DNA of 64,000 nucleotides, taken from Dehalococcoidia bacterium (lineage in GTDB: Bacteria; Chloroflexota; Dehalococcoidia; UBA2979). The notes under the pieces were generated by a model. It had not been told where the DNA came from. It saw nothing but the letters and a program-made list of their open reading frames with translations, and made no database searches. Below, in pieces: positions 9,340 to 19,559 of the stretch; the first letter of the stretch is position 1; each line of letters starts with the position of its first letter. Both the position numbers and the translations under genes were made by a program. The stretch lies in NCBI GenBank assembly GCA_965219085.1, contig OZ244720.1, positions 2,048,001-2,112,000 of the forward strand, in the 5' to 3' direction.

Positions 9340-10803
9340 CTACTCGGGCCAGACGTGCTGCGTGAACGCCCAGTCGAGCAGTGCGGCGGCCGCGCTGGCG
9401 CGCTCCGGGGCGCTCAGCAGCACCGCGAAGACGCGCCGGCCGTCGCGGGTCGCCGACGCCACGAGCGTGAGCCCGGCCTCCTCGGTGTAGCCCGTCTTCA
9501 CGCCGTCGGCGTCGGCGTAGCTCGTGAGGAACGTATTGAGCGTGCGCATCCCGATCACGGTGGAGCCGGAGGTCGTCCACGAGTGCGAGCCGACGATCTC
9601 CGCGAACGCCGGCAGCGTCATCGCGTGGCGCGCCAGCATCGCGAGGTCGTACGCGCTGCTGTACTGCGCCTCGTCGTGCAGCCCGTGCGGGTTCGCGAAG
9701 TGCGTGTCGGCGAGCCCGAAGCGCTCGACGAGCGCGTTCATCGACGCTACGAACGCCTCGTCGGAACCGGACAGGTGGCGGCCGATCGCCAGCGCCGCGT
9801 CGTTGCCCGAGCGCAGCATCAGCCCGTACAGCAGGTCGAGGGTGGTGAAGCAGTCGCCGGCCACCAGGCCCATGAAGCTGCTGTCCTCGTCGAGGGTGCG
9901 GTAGTCGACATCCGTCCTGACCCAGGAGCCGAGGTCGCTGCCCTCGATGGCGAGGATGGCGGTGACGATCTTGGTGAGGCTCGCCTGCGGGAGCCGGGTC
10001 TGGGCGTTGTGGCCGTACAACACCGCGCCCGAGGCCGCGTCGACGACGATCGCACTGACCGCCTCGATCTCCGGTGCGGGCCCGCCGACGTGCAAGGGCG
10101 CCACAGCGGTAGAGGGCAGGGGCGGCAGGCCGGTGCTGGCGGGCGTGGCGGATCCGCCGCCGGCCGGAGGCGCCGTCACCGCGAGCAGCGCGGTGGGCGA
10201 GGGCATCCGTCCGCCGGGGAAGTGATCGTTCCACCGCTGGTTCACGAACGCCGGCGCGCCGACCACGTAGGGGATCCAGCGGCCCGCGTCGTTCATGACC
10301 CACAGCGACCGCAGCGTGACGTCGCGAGCGGCGGCCGCGTGGATGATCCCGGCGGCCGTGCCGCCGCCCCAAACGACGAGCGAAGGCCCGCCCTCGGCTC
10401 GCAGGTGGCCGAAGAGCCCGGGCGGGGTGGTTCGCGTGTCGCAGATCGGTTCGGGTTCGGTCGGCACGAGGTACAGGTCGGCCGCCCACCCGATGACCGA
10501 GTCGAGCCGGATCTGCTGCCACGTGTAGCCGTCCGCTTCGGCGACGCCGTCCAGCACGACCACGCTCGAGCCGTCCTCGGCGCAGGCGAGTTCCACGCCC
10601 TCGATCGTCGGCTCGGCGCGGATGCGCAGACAGTCGCCCGCCGTCTGGACGATCGCGGTCGAGCCCTGCTTGAGGCGGGCGGGGAGGGGCGAGCGAGCGT
10701 CGATGAGCGGCGCGGAGGCGGCGTGCGCGTCGGAGCGCGGCCCCGCGGCGAGCGGCGCGATCGCGAGCACGATCAGGGTCAGAGCAAGGACGAGGCGACT
10801 CAC
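9340..10803 (-). CDS. Secreted D-alanyl-D-alanine carboxypeptidase (peptidase S11) with N-terminal SH3b-like domain
   Basis: Signal peptide; SxxK (SLTK), SxN (SGN) and KTG motifs; CLRIRAEP..GW SH3b-like segment. Confidence 0.88.
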   Translation of the reverse strand: MSRLVLALTLIVLAIAPLAAGPRSDAHAASAPLIDARSPLPARLKQGSTAIVQTAGDCLRIRAEPTIEGVELACAEDGSSVVVLDGVAEADGYTWQQIRLDSVIGWAADLYLVPTEPEPICDTRTTPPGLFGHLRAEGGPSLVVWGGGTAAGIIHAAAARDVTLRSLWVMNDAGRWIPYVVGAPAFVNQRWNDHFPGGRMPSPTALLAVTAPPAGGGSATPASTGLPPLPSTAVAPLHVGGPAPEIEAVSAIVVDAASGAVLYGHNAQTRLPQASLTKIVTAILAIEGSDLGSWVRTDVDYRTLDEDSSFMGLVAGDCFTTLDLLYGLMLRSGNDAALAIGRHLSGSDEAFVASMNALVERFGLADTHFANPHGLHDEAQYSSAYDLAMLARHAMTLPAFAEIVGSHSWTTSGSTVIGMRTLNTFLTSYADADGVKTGYTEEAGLTLVASATRDGRRVFAVLLSAPERASAAAALLDWAFTQHVWPE

Positions 10804-10922
10804 GCCGGAGCGTCTCCAACGAACTAACCCCGCCGCGATCGAGGATACAGGATCGCCCGCTCGCGGTCGGCGCTTCGGCCGCGACGTTGCGGAACTCGCG
10901 CCGATCGGGTACCTGAGAGGCC

Positions 10923-11672
10923 ATGCTGGAATGGATCGGCGAGGCCATCGAGGACGGCGAGGTCCTCGAGCGGCGCTTCGACATCGTGCACGACGCGGGC
11001 GCCGGCGGAGCCGGGACCCGCGTGCCCGGCGTGCTCTGGACGCCCGCCGCGGCGCCCGGCCCCGTGCCGCTGGTCCTGCTCGGCCACGGCGGCGCCGGCC
11101 ACAAGCGCGACGACAGCCGTCTCGACTACGCCCACAGCTACGTCGCGAGCGGGCTCGCGGCGGCTGCCATCGACGGGCCGTTCCACGGCGACCGCGCGCC
11201 CGCGGAGCCCGGTGATCGGGCCTACGACGAGGCCCTCGTGGACTCGATGGTCGCCGACTGGCGCGCGACCCTCGACGCGCTCACCGCGCTCGAGGAGATC
11301 GATGGCGACCGCGTCGCCTACGGCGGCGTCTCGATGGGGACGATGTTCGGGCTGCCGTTCCTCGTCGCCGACGGCCGCGTGGGCGCGGCCGTGCTCGGCC
11401 TCTGCGGGCTGCGCGGCGACGGCGAGGTGGACGGCGGGCTGTATGGACGCCTCTCCGCGGACGCACCGCGGCTCGGCTGCCCCGTGCTGTTCGTCATGCA
11501 GTGGGATGACGAGTTGTTCGAGCGCGACTCGGTGCTCGCGCTGTACGACGCGCTCGGCTCCGCCGACAAGCGGCTGGTGGCGAACCCCGGCGGCCACGCG
11601 GAGACCCCGCCGCATGTGCGCCTGACCACACACGCGTTCCTCGTCGAGGCGCTCACGGAGGCGGCGCCGTAG
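10923..11672 (+). CDS. Alpha/beta hydrolase (dienelactone hydrolase-like)
   Basis: GHGG, nucleophile elbow GVSMG, D-E and GGH. Confidence 0.85.
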   Translation: MLEWIGEAIEDGEVLERRFDIVHDAGAGGAGTRVPGVLWTPAAAPGPVPLVLLGHGGAGHKRDDSRLDYAHSYVASGLAAAAIDGPFHGDRAPAEPGDRAYDEALVDSMVADWRATLDALTALEEIDGDRVAYGGVSMGTMFGLPFLVADGRVGAAVLGLCGLRGDGEVDGGLYGRLSADAPRLGCPVLFVMQWDDELFERDSVLALYDALGSADKRLVANPGGHAETPPHVRLTTHAFLVEALTEAAP

Positions 11673-11723
11673 CGCGAACCTCGCCGCGGGCGGCTGCCGC
11701 GGGGCTCCCCTAGAATGGGTCGT

Positions 11724-12407
11724 ATGGAAGTAGCAAACGAACTCATGGTGCGCGGCATCGTCGTCGGCGTGTTCATGGAGAACTGCTGGGTGATCGGCAA
11801 CCGCCGCAGCGGCGAGGCGATCTGCATCGACCCCGGCGGCGACCACGACGAGGTGCTCGCGCTGGCGCGCGACATGGGCGTGACCATCAAGACCATCGCC
11901 AATTCGCACGCGCACGTGGACCACATCATGGGCGTCCACGGCGTCCAGAGCGCCACGGACGCGCGGTTCCTGCTCCACCAGGACGAGCTCGACCTGCTCC
12001 GCAACGGCTGGCCCGACGGCGCGCGTCAGCTGGGCTTCGACCTCGAGCAGGGGGCGCCCGAGCCGCACGGCTACGTCGCCGAGGACGACGTCGTCGAGGT
12101 GGACGGCCTGCGGCTGCGCGTCATGGTGACGCCCGGCCACACCACGGGCTCGGTGAGCTACTACGAGGAGAGCGCCGGGCTGCTGTTCAGCGGCGACACG
12201 CTCTTCCGCGGCTCGATCGGCCGCACGGACTTCCCCGGCGGGTCGTACGACGAGGAGATGCGCAGCATCACCGAGAAGCTGCTCGCCCTCCCGGACGAGA
12301 CGCTCGTGCTGCCGGGCCACATGCAGGAGACACAGATCGGGTTCGAGCGCGAGCACAACCCGTTCGTGCTGGACTGGCAGCGCCGCCAGGCCGCAGCCGA
12401 ACGCTAG
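11724..12407 (+). CDS. MBL-fold metallo-hydrolase (glyoxalase II/YcbL-like)
   Basis: HAHVDH, TPGHT, SGDTLF, PGH. Start 11724 lies 7 nt after TAGAAT. Confidence 0.9.
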   Translation: MEVANELMVRGIVVGVFMENCWVIGNRRSGEAICIDPGGDHDEVLALARDMGVTIKTIANSHAHVDHIMGVHGVQSATDARFLLHQDELDLLRNGWPDGARQLGFDLEQGAPEPHGYVAEDDVVEVDGLRLRVMVTPGHTTGSVSYYEESAGLLFSGDTLFRGSIGRTDFPGGSYDEEMRSITEKLLALPDETLVLPGHMQETQIGFEREHNPFVLDWQRRQAAAER

Positions 12408-12450
12408 CCCCGGCCGGCGGGCCTCGAGGCCCCTCGACCGCTACTCGCCC

Positions 12451-12951
12451 CTACTCGCCCGATGGCGACGCGCTACCGGCGTGGCGCGTCTCCACCTTGT
12501 GCATGCGCCCGAACAGCGACCGCGTACCGACGATCTCGACGTCGGCGTGGTCGGTGAGCGTGGTGAGGTAGCGCTGCACGATACGCCCGCCCGGCTGCCC
12601 GGCGACGGCGCACGCCATCGCGGCCATGAAGGCGTTCGGCAGGCGCTGGCTGCCGTGACCGAACGCCAGCATCAGCGTCGCGCCGAGGGCCGCGAGCGCG
12701 GCCGTGACGACGATGTTCGTGCCGCACAGCGGCGAGATGGCGAGGCTCGCCTGGCCGGCCTGCAGGCGTCGCAGCGCCTCCTGCGCGGCCCGGTCGAGGG
12801 CCGTGGTGTCGACCTCGCCGACGATGACGAAACCGTCGACGGCGGCGCGTCCCGCGAGGCGCTGCGGCCCGGTCTGCGCGAGCAGCACCGCGACGGTCGC
12901 GTGTTCGAGCGCGTGATTGCGCCGGATCGCGTCGAGCCATCCACGAATCAC
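12451..12951 (-). CDS. Conserved membrane protein (DUF6391-like)
   Basis: RRNHALEHAT and P.CGTN motifs, two hydrophobic helices. GTG start with an RBS. Confidence 0.7.
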   Translation of the reverse strand: MIRGWLDAIRRNHALEHATVAVLLAQTGPQRLAGRAAVDGFVIVGEVDTTALDRAAQEALRRLQAGQASLAISPLCGTNIVVTAALAALGATLMLAFGHGSQRLPNAFMAAMACAVAGQPGGRIVQRYLTTLTDHADVEIVGTRSLFGRMHKVETRHAGSASPSGE

Positions 12952-13038
12952 TGGCTGTTCCTTCCGCCCGAGGCGTGCATGCAGTTGGGCAGCTCCGAGT
13001 ATAGGCGTGCGCACTACCGCGTCTCCCCGTGGGAGGTG

Positions 13039-14385
13039 TCAGTATGCGCGGCTCGTGCCCGGCACGCCGACCTCGAAGTCGGCCTGCACCTCGACGCGGA
13101 TGTTGACGGGCGGCCCGCTCGCGTTCGGGGAGGTGATGCGCACCGTGCCGGTCGCGGCGGCGGATGGCAGCAGCGTGGGGTTGATGGTGATCGTGATCTC
13201 GGCGATGCGTGAGCACGGGTCGGTGCACGGCAGCTCGGAACCGAGCGCCACCCCGGCGGGCGGATCGACGATCAGCCACCCGCCCGGAGGCTGCACCACC
13301 CAGGACAGGATGCCCGTACCCGCGTTGCGCACCCGGATGGTCGCGCGCGCCGCGGTGGGCGGGCCGTCGGTGCGCAGCACGATCCTCGGCGCTTCGACGT
13401 GCAGGGCCGGGGAACCGAGCGTGCGCGAGCGGTAGTCCGACGCGATCCGCGGCACGGCGTCCTCGTGCGCCGGTTGCGGCGTCGGGATGTCCATGCCGGC
13501 GTAGGGGAACTGGAACGTCGAGGGCGACAGGGCCGCGAAGTAGCGCGGGTCGGTGAGGTCGGGGAGCGCGGCGGGGACGGCGTCCCACAGCGGTTCGCCC
13601 GACACAAGGGGCGGCAAGGCCATGCAGCCCCAGACCAGCTCCTGGTACGGGTAGCGGTTGCGCGCCTGCCGCCCGTCACAGCGGTAGGCCGTGCGAGGCC
13701 AGCTCCCGAAGCCGGGGTCGGCGGGGTGGTTCGACATCCGGGTCCCCGGCCCGGTGAAGCCGTTGTAAGACCAGACGGCGTAGTACCAGTTCTCGATGAA
13801 CGCCGGGTCGGCGTTCGTGTCGGTACCGGCGATGGGCCGCTCCTCGGGGGCACGGTTCCACTTGTCCGCGAGGATCGCCGCGCCGCGCGCGACGTTGTGC
13901 ACGTAGTGCGTCGCGACGCTGACCTGTCCCGCCGTCGGCTGCTGCGCGGCGCCGAGCGGCACGGTCATCCCCGTGGTGACCTGCATGATGCCGTGCCCAC
14001 AATCGAACGAGAGGAGCGCGTCCCCTTCGGACTGGAACGTCACGGATCGCGACGCCATCGTCATGTTCGACTCGATCCAGGCGACGGCCTTGAGCAGTGT
14101 GGCCGGGATCCGGCGCTCCGCCGCGGCGGCGCGGTTCGAGCGCGTCCCCACCTCGATCTCCGGCAGCCCGAACAGCGGATTCCCCGCGAACAGCGCGTCG
14201 ACCGAGGCCGCCTCGATCGCGGCGAGGTAGCTTGCGCGCGCGCGGTCGGCCTCGTACGTATGCGGGTGGCGCAGGAACGCGCAGCCGAGCGCGTCACGCG
14301 CTCCGGGCCCGAGCCACATCCATGCGACGGCAAGCCCGAGCAGCGCCAGCCCGCCGATGCGCAGCACTCGCCCGCGGCTAGGCAT
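13039..14385 (-). CDS. Membrane-anchored lytic transglycosylase (SLT-like) with C-terminal Ig/BACON-like domain
   Basis: LLKAVAWIES, GIMQV and AVWSYNG motifs; beta-rich tail (IRVRNAGTGILSW). Confidence 0.7.
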   Translation of the reverse strand: MPSRGRVLRIGGLALLGLAVAWMWLGPGARDALGCAFLRHPHTYEADRARASYLAAIEAASVDALFAGNPLFGLPEIEVGTRSNRAAAAERRIPATLLKAVAWIESNMTMASRSVTFQSEGDALLSFDCGHGIMQVTTGMTVPLGAAQQPTAGQVSVATHYVHNVARGAAILADKWNRAPEERPIAGTDTNADPAFIENWYYAVWSYNGFTGPGTRMSNHPADPGFGSWPRTAYRCDGRQARNRYPYQELVWGCMALPPLVSGEPLWDAVPAALPDLTDPRYFAALSPSTFQFPYAGMDIPTPQPAHEDAVPRIASDYRSRTLGSPALHVEAPRIVLRTDGPPTAARATIRVRNAGTGILSWVVQPPGGWLIVDPPAGVALGSELPCTDPCSRIAEITITINPTLLPSAAATGTVRITSPNASGPPVNIRVEVQADFEVGVPGTSRAY

Positions 14386-15529
14386 CGCGCAGCCACCCGA
14401 TGAAGATCAGCTCGGAGTCGGCCGCCACGGCGAACCGCTCACCGCCGGGAGCGATCACCACGAGCGACTCACGCCCCGGCTCGGACGCATCGCGTCCGTC
14501 GAAGCTGCGCGCCGCCAGGTAGCGCCCGTCCGGGCTCCAGCCGAGGGGCGCGTCGAACCCCTGCTCCGGCGCCGGCAACGCTCGAGGGACGTCGTCGCCA
14601 CCGGCGGAGCCGTCGATGCCGAGCGTGACCGCGGCCGCGCTGATGTCCGGGAACGCCTCGACGCCGACGGTCAGGCTCCGGCCGTCCGCAGTCCAGGCGG
14701 GCGAGAACTGCTCGGACAGCACCGTGCCCGGCTGCTCGGGCGACGCGGCCTGTGCCTCGCCACCGGACTCGAGGGCTACGACCTGCGCGCGATGCACGAC
14801 CCGCTCGGCCGAGACCTCGGGTGCGAGGTAGGCGAGGGACGCGCCGTCCGGGGACACCTGCCAGTCGCGCGCGATGTGGTCCGAGGCGTGCGCGATGAAC
14901 TGCGGTTCGGCGCCCTCGCGCACGCGGTACAGGTCCGTGCCCCGCGTCGACAACTCGGCGTACAGCGCTGCCCCGCCCGCCTCGAGCGCGACCGGGTACA
15001 CGCCGAACTGCGTCGACGTGCTGTAGAGCGCGCGGCGCGCCTGCGTCGCGATCTCGACGCGGACGAGCTGCTGGGAGCCGTCGGCCTGCGTGCGGCGGTA
15101 GAGCAGCGCCGTCCCGTCGGGGTCGAAGACCGGCGCGGCCAGGAGGTCGGCGTCGCCGGCGAGGCGCGTGAGCTTGCCGCTGCGCACGTCCAGCAGCCAC
15201 AGCTCGGCCGGCGAGTCGCGTCGCGGCTGCGCCTCCGGGGGCAGCACCGTGAACGCGGTCAGGTCGCCGGCCATCGCGGGCGAGGGTGTGATCGCCCAGC
15301 CGCGCGCGTGTGGCACGCTCGCCACCAGCTCGCGCTCCTCGGGTGCATCGGGCCGGGCAACGTAGACGCGGTCGGCCAGCAGGCCGAACTCGGCGAAGAC
15401 CAGGCGGTACGTTGCTTCGGGAGACTCGTCGCCGTCGCGGTCGGAGAGCAGCAGCCACGCGGCGGCGGCGGCCACGCCGAACGCGGCGAGGATGGCGATG
15501 GCCCTGGCCACGCGGCGGGATGCTGTCAT
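14378..15529 (-). CDS. TolB-like beta-propeller (PD40) protein
   Basis: N-terminal TM helix; repeated PDG/WSPDG blades. Confidence 0.75.
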   Translation of the reverse strand: MTASRRVARAIAILAAFGVAAAAAWLLLSDRDGDESPEATYRLVFAEFGLLADRVYVARPDAPEERELVASVPHARGWAITPSPAMAGDLTAFTVLPPEAQPRRDSPAELWLLDVRSGKLTRLAGDADLLAAPVFDPDGTALLYRRTQADGSQQLVRVEIATQARRALYSTSTQFGVYPVALEAGGAALYAELSTRGTDLYRVREGAEPQFIAHASDHIARDWQVSPDGASLAYLAPEVSAERVVHRAQVVALESGGEAQAASPEQPGTVLSEQFSPAWTADGRSLTVGVEAFPDISAAAVTLGIDGSAGGDDVPRALPAPEQGFDAPLGWSPDGRYLAARSFDGRDASEPGRESLVVIAPGGERFAVAADSELIFIGWLRDA

Positions 15530-15669
15530 GGTGGCTCACCGGCCCGCTCCCCGCCACGGCAAGCCGCCCGGCTTCCACGATGGAACGCCCGCAAAGACGT
15601 GTCAACGCACGCCGCCGCCACGGGCCTCCCGGCGGAGGCGCACACGAGGCCCTTTGCTAAGCTGGAAGC

Positions 15670-16392
15670 GTGATCTTCCGCTATCTGGCCGTCCTGACCG
15701 AGTCGCCGCTCGCCTTCGCGATCCTGATCGCCGCCTTCACCGCCTCGCTGCTCGTGGGGCTCGTGCTGCACGAGGTGGCGCACGCCTACGTCGCCGACTC
15801 GCTCGGCGACGGCACGCCGAGGCGCTACGGGCGGCTCTCGCTCAACCCGTTGCGCCACCTCGACCCGCTCGGCTCCTCGCTCATCTTCATCGTCGGCTTC
15901 GGGTGGGCGAAGCCCGTGCCGATCGGCCCGAACTCCGGCCGCAACACCGCGCTGATCGCGCTCGCGGGGCCCGCGACGAACCTCGTGGTCGCGGCGACGG
16001 CTGGTCTGGCCATCAAGCTCGGCTACGTGCCGTTCTTCCACCCGTTTGTCGCGCCCTCGGCGGCCGACTACTGGGCGCGCGTCTGGACCGATTCGCCGGA
16101 CCACCTGGTCGGGCTGTTCCTCGGCACCGTCGTGCTGCTGAACGTGATCCTGGCGGTGTTCAACCTCATCCCGCTCGCGCCGCTCGATGGCTTCCGCGTC
16201 GCGGTGGGCGTGCTCCCCTCCAGCATCGCGAGGCCGGTGGCGCGCCTCGAGCCGTGGATGCCGGGCGCGTTGCTGGTGCTGATCCTGCTGCCCTTCATCG
16301 GCGGGCCGTCGCTGCTGTTCGACGTCATGGGGCCGGCCATCGAGTTCCTGCTGCGCGTGTTCGTCGAGAGCGCTGACCTGCGTGTGGTCTGA
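15670..16392 (+). CDS. Site-2 protease (peptidase M50)
   Basis: HEVAH, AGP..N and FNLIP..PLDG motifs. Confidence 0.92.
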   Translation: MIFRYLAVLTESPLAFAILIAAFTASLLVGLVLHEVAHAYVADSLGDGTPRRYGRLSLNPLRHLDPLGSSLIFIVGFGWAKPVPIGPNSGRNTALIALAGPATNLVVAATAGLAIKLGYVPFFHPFVAPSAADYWARVWTDSPDHLVGLFLGTVVLLNVILAVFNLIPLAPLDGFRVAVGVLPSSIARPVARLEPWMPGALLVLILLPFIGGPSLLFDVMGPAIEFLLRVFVESADLRVV

Positions 16393-16885
16393 CCTCGGCG
16401 CGCATGTCCGGCGGTTCTTCCGAGGCTTCCGCGGCGCCCTCACGCCCGAGGAGACGCGGACCGTGGAGGCGCTCCTCGGCCGCGAGGAGCTCAGGTGCTT
16501 CCGCGCGCTGGAGGGCCGCGAGCAGCGCCACGCGGTCGACGTGCTGGCGCACCTGCAGACACACGGGTCGCCCTCGCACGACCTGCTGGTGGCTGCGCTG
16601 CTGCACAACGCCGGCAAGGGGCCGCTGCACCTGTACGAGCGTGTCGCCTACACGCTGCTCGCGATGTTCACGCCGCCGCTCCTCGATCGCGTCGCGGACC
16701 CGCGGGGCCGCGGGTTCCGGCTCGCGATGGCGTCGCAGCGCGACCACCCCGCGAGAGGCGCCGAGGTCCTCGCGGCGATCGGCGTGCGCCCGCGCGTGCT
16801 TCAGCTGGTGCGCGGGCACCACGACGCGCCGGCGGGCGAGGACGCCGAACTCGCCGCGCTGATCGAGGCGGACCAGCGGCGATAG
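16382..16885 (+). CDS. HD-domain protein (HD motif reads HN)
   Basis: QRHAVDV, ALLHNAGK, H..RG, HH and final AD motifs. Overlaps the M50 gene. Confidence 0.75.
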   Translation: MWSDLGAHVRRFFRGFRGALTPEETRTVEALLGREELRCFRALEGREQRHAVDVLAHLQTHGSPSHDLLVAALLHNAGKGPLHLYERVAYTLLAMFTPPLLDRVADPRGRGFRLAMASQRDHPARGAEVLAAIGVRPRVLQLVRGHHDAPAGEDAELAALIEADQRR

Positions 16886-17132
16886 ACGACGTGGAGACAC
16901 GGCGCGAGACGACAACGTGGCGCTTTGAGCATGGGGTCCTCCCCGACCGGCTCTGCCGTCGGATCATCGCCGCGCCGATTCACTCACCGGCGCCGCGAGA
17001 CGGACGGATTCGCTCCTGGGGGGAGGTGGTCGCGCCCCGTCTGACGGTGCGCCTCCACCAGCAGTCGCCGCTCCCGTCTCCCCCACGGTGGTACGATGAA
17101 AAGCCCACGGCCAGCGCCGACGGAGATGACAT

Positions 17133-18131
17133 ATGACGCGCGTTGCGATCATCGGGACCGGGCTCATCGGGGCCTCGATTGGCCTTGGGCTGCGTGAGCA
17201 GGCCGACGAGAAGACGATCGAAATCGTCGGCCACGACCGCAATACCCAGCGTGCACGCACGGCCGAGCGCCGGAAGGCGATCGACAAGCGCGAGAACAGC
17301 GCCCTCGCTGCTGTGCGCGACGCCTCGCTCGTCATCATCAGCACGCCCATCCTCGCCATGCGCGAGGTGATGCGGGAGATTGCGAACGCGCTCATGCCGG
17401 GGGCCGTCGTCACCGACACGGGTTCCACCAAGGGCGAGGTGATGCGCTGGGCGCGGGATCTGCTGCCCACGAGCATCAACTTCGTCGGCGGCCACCCCAT
17501 GGCCGGCAAGACCGAGGTCGGCGCCGACCACGCCGACCCCAGGCTGTTCGAGGGCGCCCGCTGGGTGGTCGTGCCGACCCGCAACGCCTCGCAGGCCGCG
17601 GTCGAGACGGTCACGGGCTTCGCCGCGGGCCTCGGCGCGAAGCCGATGTTCATGGATCCCGACGAGCACGACGCCTACGCCGCCGCCGTCTCGCACCTGC
17701 CGATGCTGGCCGCGGCGGCGCTGTTCCGCCTCACCCGCGACTCCGAGGCCTGGCCGGAACTCTCGATGCTCGCATCGAGCGGGTTCCGCGACACGACGCG
17801 CCTCGCCGGTACCGACGAGCAGATGGCGCACGACATCGCGCTCACCAACCGCGATCAGGTCGTGCACTGGCTGCAGCGCTACCGCGGAGCGATCTACGAC
17901 CTCGAGGACCAACTGAGCAACCTCGAGGGCGACGAGGAACTCCTCGCGTGGTTCGCGAAGCTCAACTTCGACTACCTCGGCTTCAAGGAGGGCCAGATCG
18001 GCCGCGTCGAGCTCGACCAGCAGCGCAGCCTGCCCGACATCTCGGTCACCGACATGTTCATGGGCGGCGCGCTCGCCGACCGCCTGCGTCAGCTCACCGA
18101 TCGCGCGAACGAGACCGGCCGCCGGCGGTAG
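17133..18131 (+). CDS. tyrA: Prephenate/arogenate dehydrogenase
   Basis: GTGLIG, DTGSTK, GGHPMAG, SHLP, GFRDTTRLA. Confidence 0.93.
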   Translation: MTRVAIIGTGLIGASIGLGLREQADEKTIEIVGHDRNTQRARTAERRKAIDKRENSALAAVRDASLVIISTPILAMREVMREIANALMPGAVVTDTGSTKGEVMRWARDLLPTSINFVGGHPMAGKTEVGADHADPRLFEGARWVVVPTRNASQAAVETVTGFAAGLGAKPMFMDPDEHDAYAAAVSHLPMLAAAALFRLTRDSEAWPELSMLASSGFRDTTRLAGTDEQMAHDIALTNRDQVVHWLQRYRGAIYDLEDQLSNLEGDEELLAWFAKLNFDYLGFKEGQIGRVELDQQRSLPDISVTDMFMGGALADRLRQLTDRANETGRRR

Positions 18132-18199
18132 CCGCCGCGCCCTCGGCGATCCGAGCCCGCGCCATCCCGCCCACGCCGACCTGCGGGTAGAGTGCGCAC

Positions 18200-19540
18200 A
18201 TGGTCAGCCGTACCGCCGCCGCCGACCGCATGACCGTCTCGCCGCCCGCGCTCCTGCGCGGGACTGTCGAGGTGCCCGGCGACAAGTCGATCACCCACCG
18301 CGCGTTGCTCTTCAACGCCATCGCGGTGGGCGACGCCGTCATCGACGGCTTCCTCGACGCCGCCGACACGCGCTCGACCCTCGAAGCGATACGCGCCCTC
18401 GGCGCGGACATCGAGGAGCTGGGTGGTGGGGGCCGGCTCGTCGTGCACGGTCGCGGTCGCGCGGGCCTCGTCGAGGCTGCCGACGTGCTCGATTGCGGCA
18501 ACTCGGGCACAACGATCCGGCTGCTGAGCGGGCTGCTTGCCGGGTTCCCGTTCCTGTCGGTGCTGACCGGCGACGGCTCGCTCCGACGTCGCCCAATGGG
18601 CCGCGTCGTGTCGCCGCTGCGCGCCCTCGGAGCCCGCATCACGGCCCGCGCGGACGGGACACTGCCGCCGGTCGTGATCGAGGGCGGCCCGCTCGCCGGC
18701 GGGCAGCGCATCGAGACGCCGGTCGCGTCGGCGCAGGTGAAGTCGGCGCTGCTGCTCGCAGGCCTCGCTGCCGCTGGCCCGACGACCGTCGTCGAGCCGT
18801 CGCGGTCGCGCGACCACACCGAGCGCATGCTCGGCGCGATGGGCGCGGGCGTCCGCACGGAGGGCACGGCCGTGACGCTCACGCCGCCCGTCGGCGACCT
18901 CGCGGCCGTCGATGTGCGCGTGCCGGGTGACATCAGCACCGCAGCGGCGTGGATCGTCGCGGCGACGCTGCACCCCGACGCCGATCTCGTGCTCGCGGGC
19001 GTCGGCCTCAACCCCACGCGTGCGGGCATCCTCGACGTGCTGCGCGCGATGGGCGCGGACATCGAGGAACTCGATCCGCGCGATGTGGGCGGCGAGCCGG
19101 TGGCGGACCTGCGCGTGCGCAGCGCCGCGCTGCGCGGCGTGCGCATCGACGGCGACGTGGTGCCGCGCGCGATCGACGAACTGCCGCTACTCGCCCTCGC
19201 CGGCGCGCTCGCCGAGGGCGATACGGTCATTGCCGATGCCGCCGAGCTGCGCGTGAAGGAGTCGGACCGCGTCGCCACCACTGCCGCCACGCTGCGAGCG
19301 CTCGGTGCGGAGGTCGAGGAGCGCGACGACGGCCTCGCCGTCGCCGGCGGAGCACGGCTGCGCGGCGCGGCCGTCGAGGCCGCGGGCGACCACCGGCTGG
19401 CGATGCTCGGTGCGGTTGCGGGCCTGCTTGCCGACGGCGAGACGATGGTGGCGGGAGCCGGCGCCGTGTCGATCTCCTACCCGGACTTCTGGGCCGACCT
19501 CGCCCGCGTCGGCGCCTCCCCGGCAGCCGCGCGGGCGTAG
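18200..19540 (+). CDS. aroA: 3-phosphoshikimate 1-carboxyvinyltransferase
   Basis: PGDKSITHR, CGNSGTT, SAQVKS, RVKESDR, DHR. Confidence 0.96.
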   Translation: MVSRTAAADRMTVSPPALLRGTVEVPGDKSITHRALLFNAIAVGDAVIDGFLDAADTRSTLEAIRALGADIEELGGGGRLVVHGRGRAGLVEAADVLDCGNSGTTIRLLSGLLAGFPFLSVLTGDGSLRRRPMGRVVSPLRALGARITARADGTLPPVVIEGGPLAGGQRIETPVASAQVKSALLLAGLAAAGPTTVVEPSRSRDHTERMLGAMGAGVRTEGTAVTLTPPVGDLAAVDVRVPGDISTAAAWIVAATLHPDADLVLAGVGLNPTRAGILDVLRAMGADIEELDPRDVGGEPVADLRVRSAALRGVRIDGDVVPRAIDELPLLALAGALAEGDTVIADAAELRVKESDRVATTAATLRALGAEVEERDDGLAVAGGARLRGAAVEAAGDHRLAMLGAVAGLLADGETMVAGAGAVSISYPDFWADLARVGASPAAARA

Positions 19541-19559
19541 CGCAAGCGGGCGAGGACTC

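Noticed and set aside
16990-17085. Nested inverted repeats upstream of tyrA as a riboswitch or T-box
   Set aside because: No T-box or known aptamer motif, and the structure lies upstream of the likely -10 (TACGAT near 17092).
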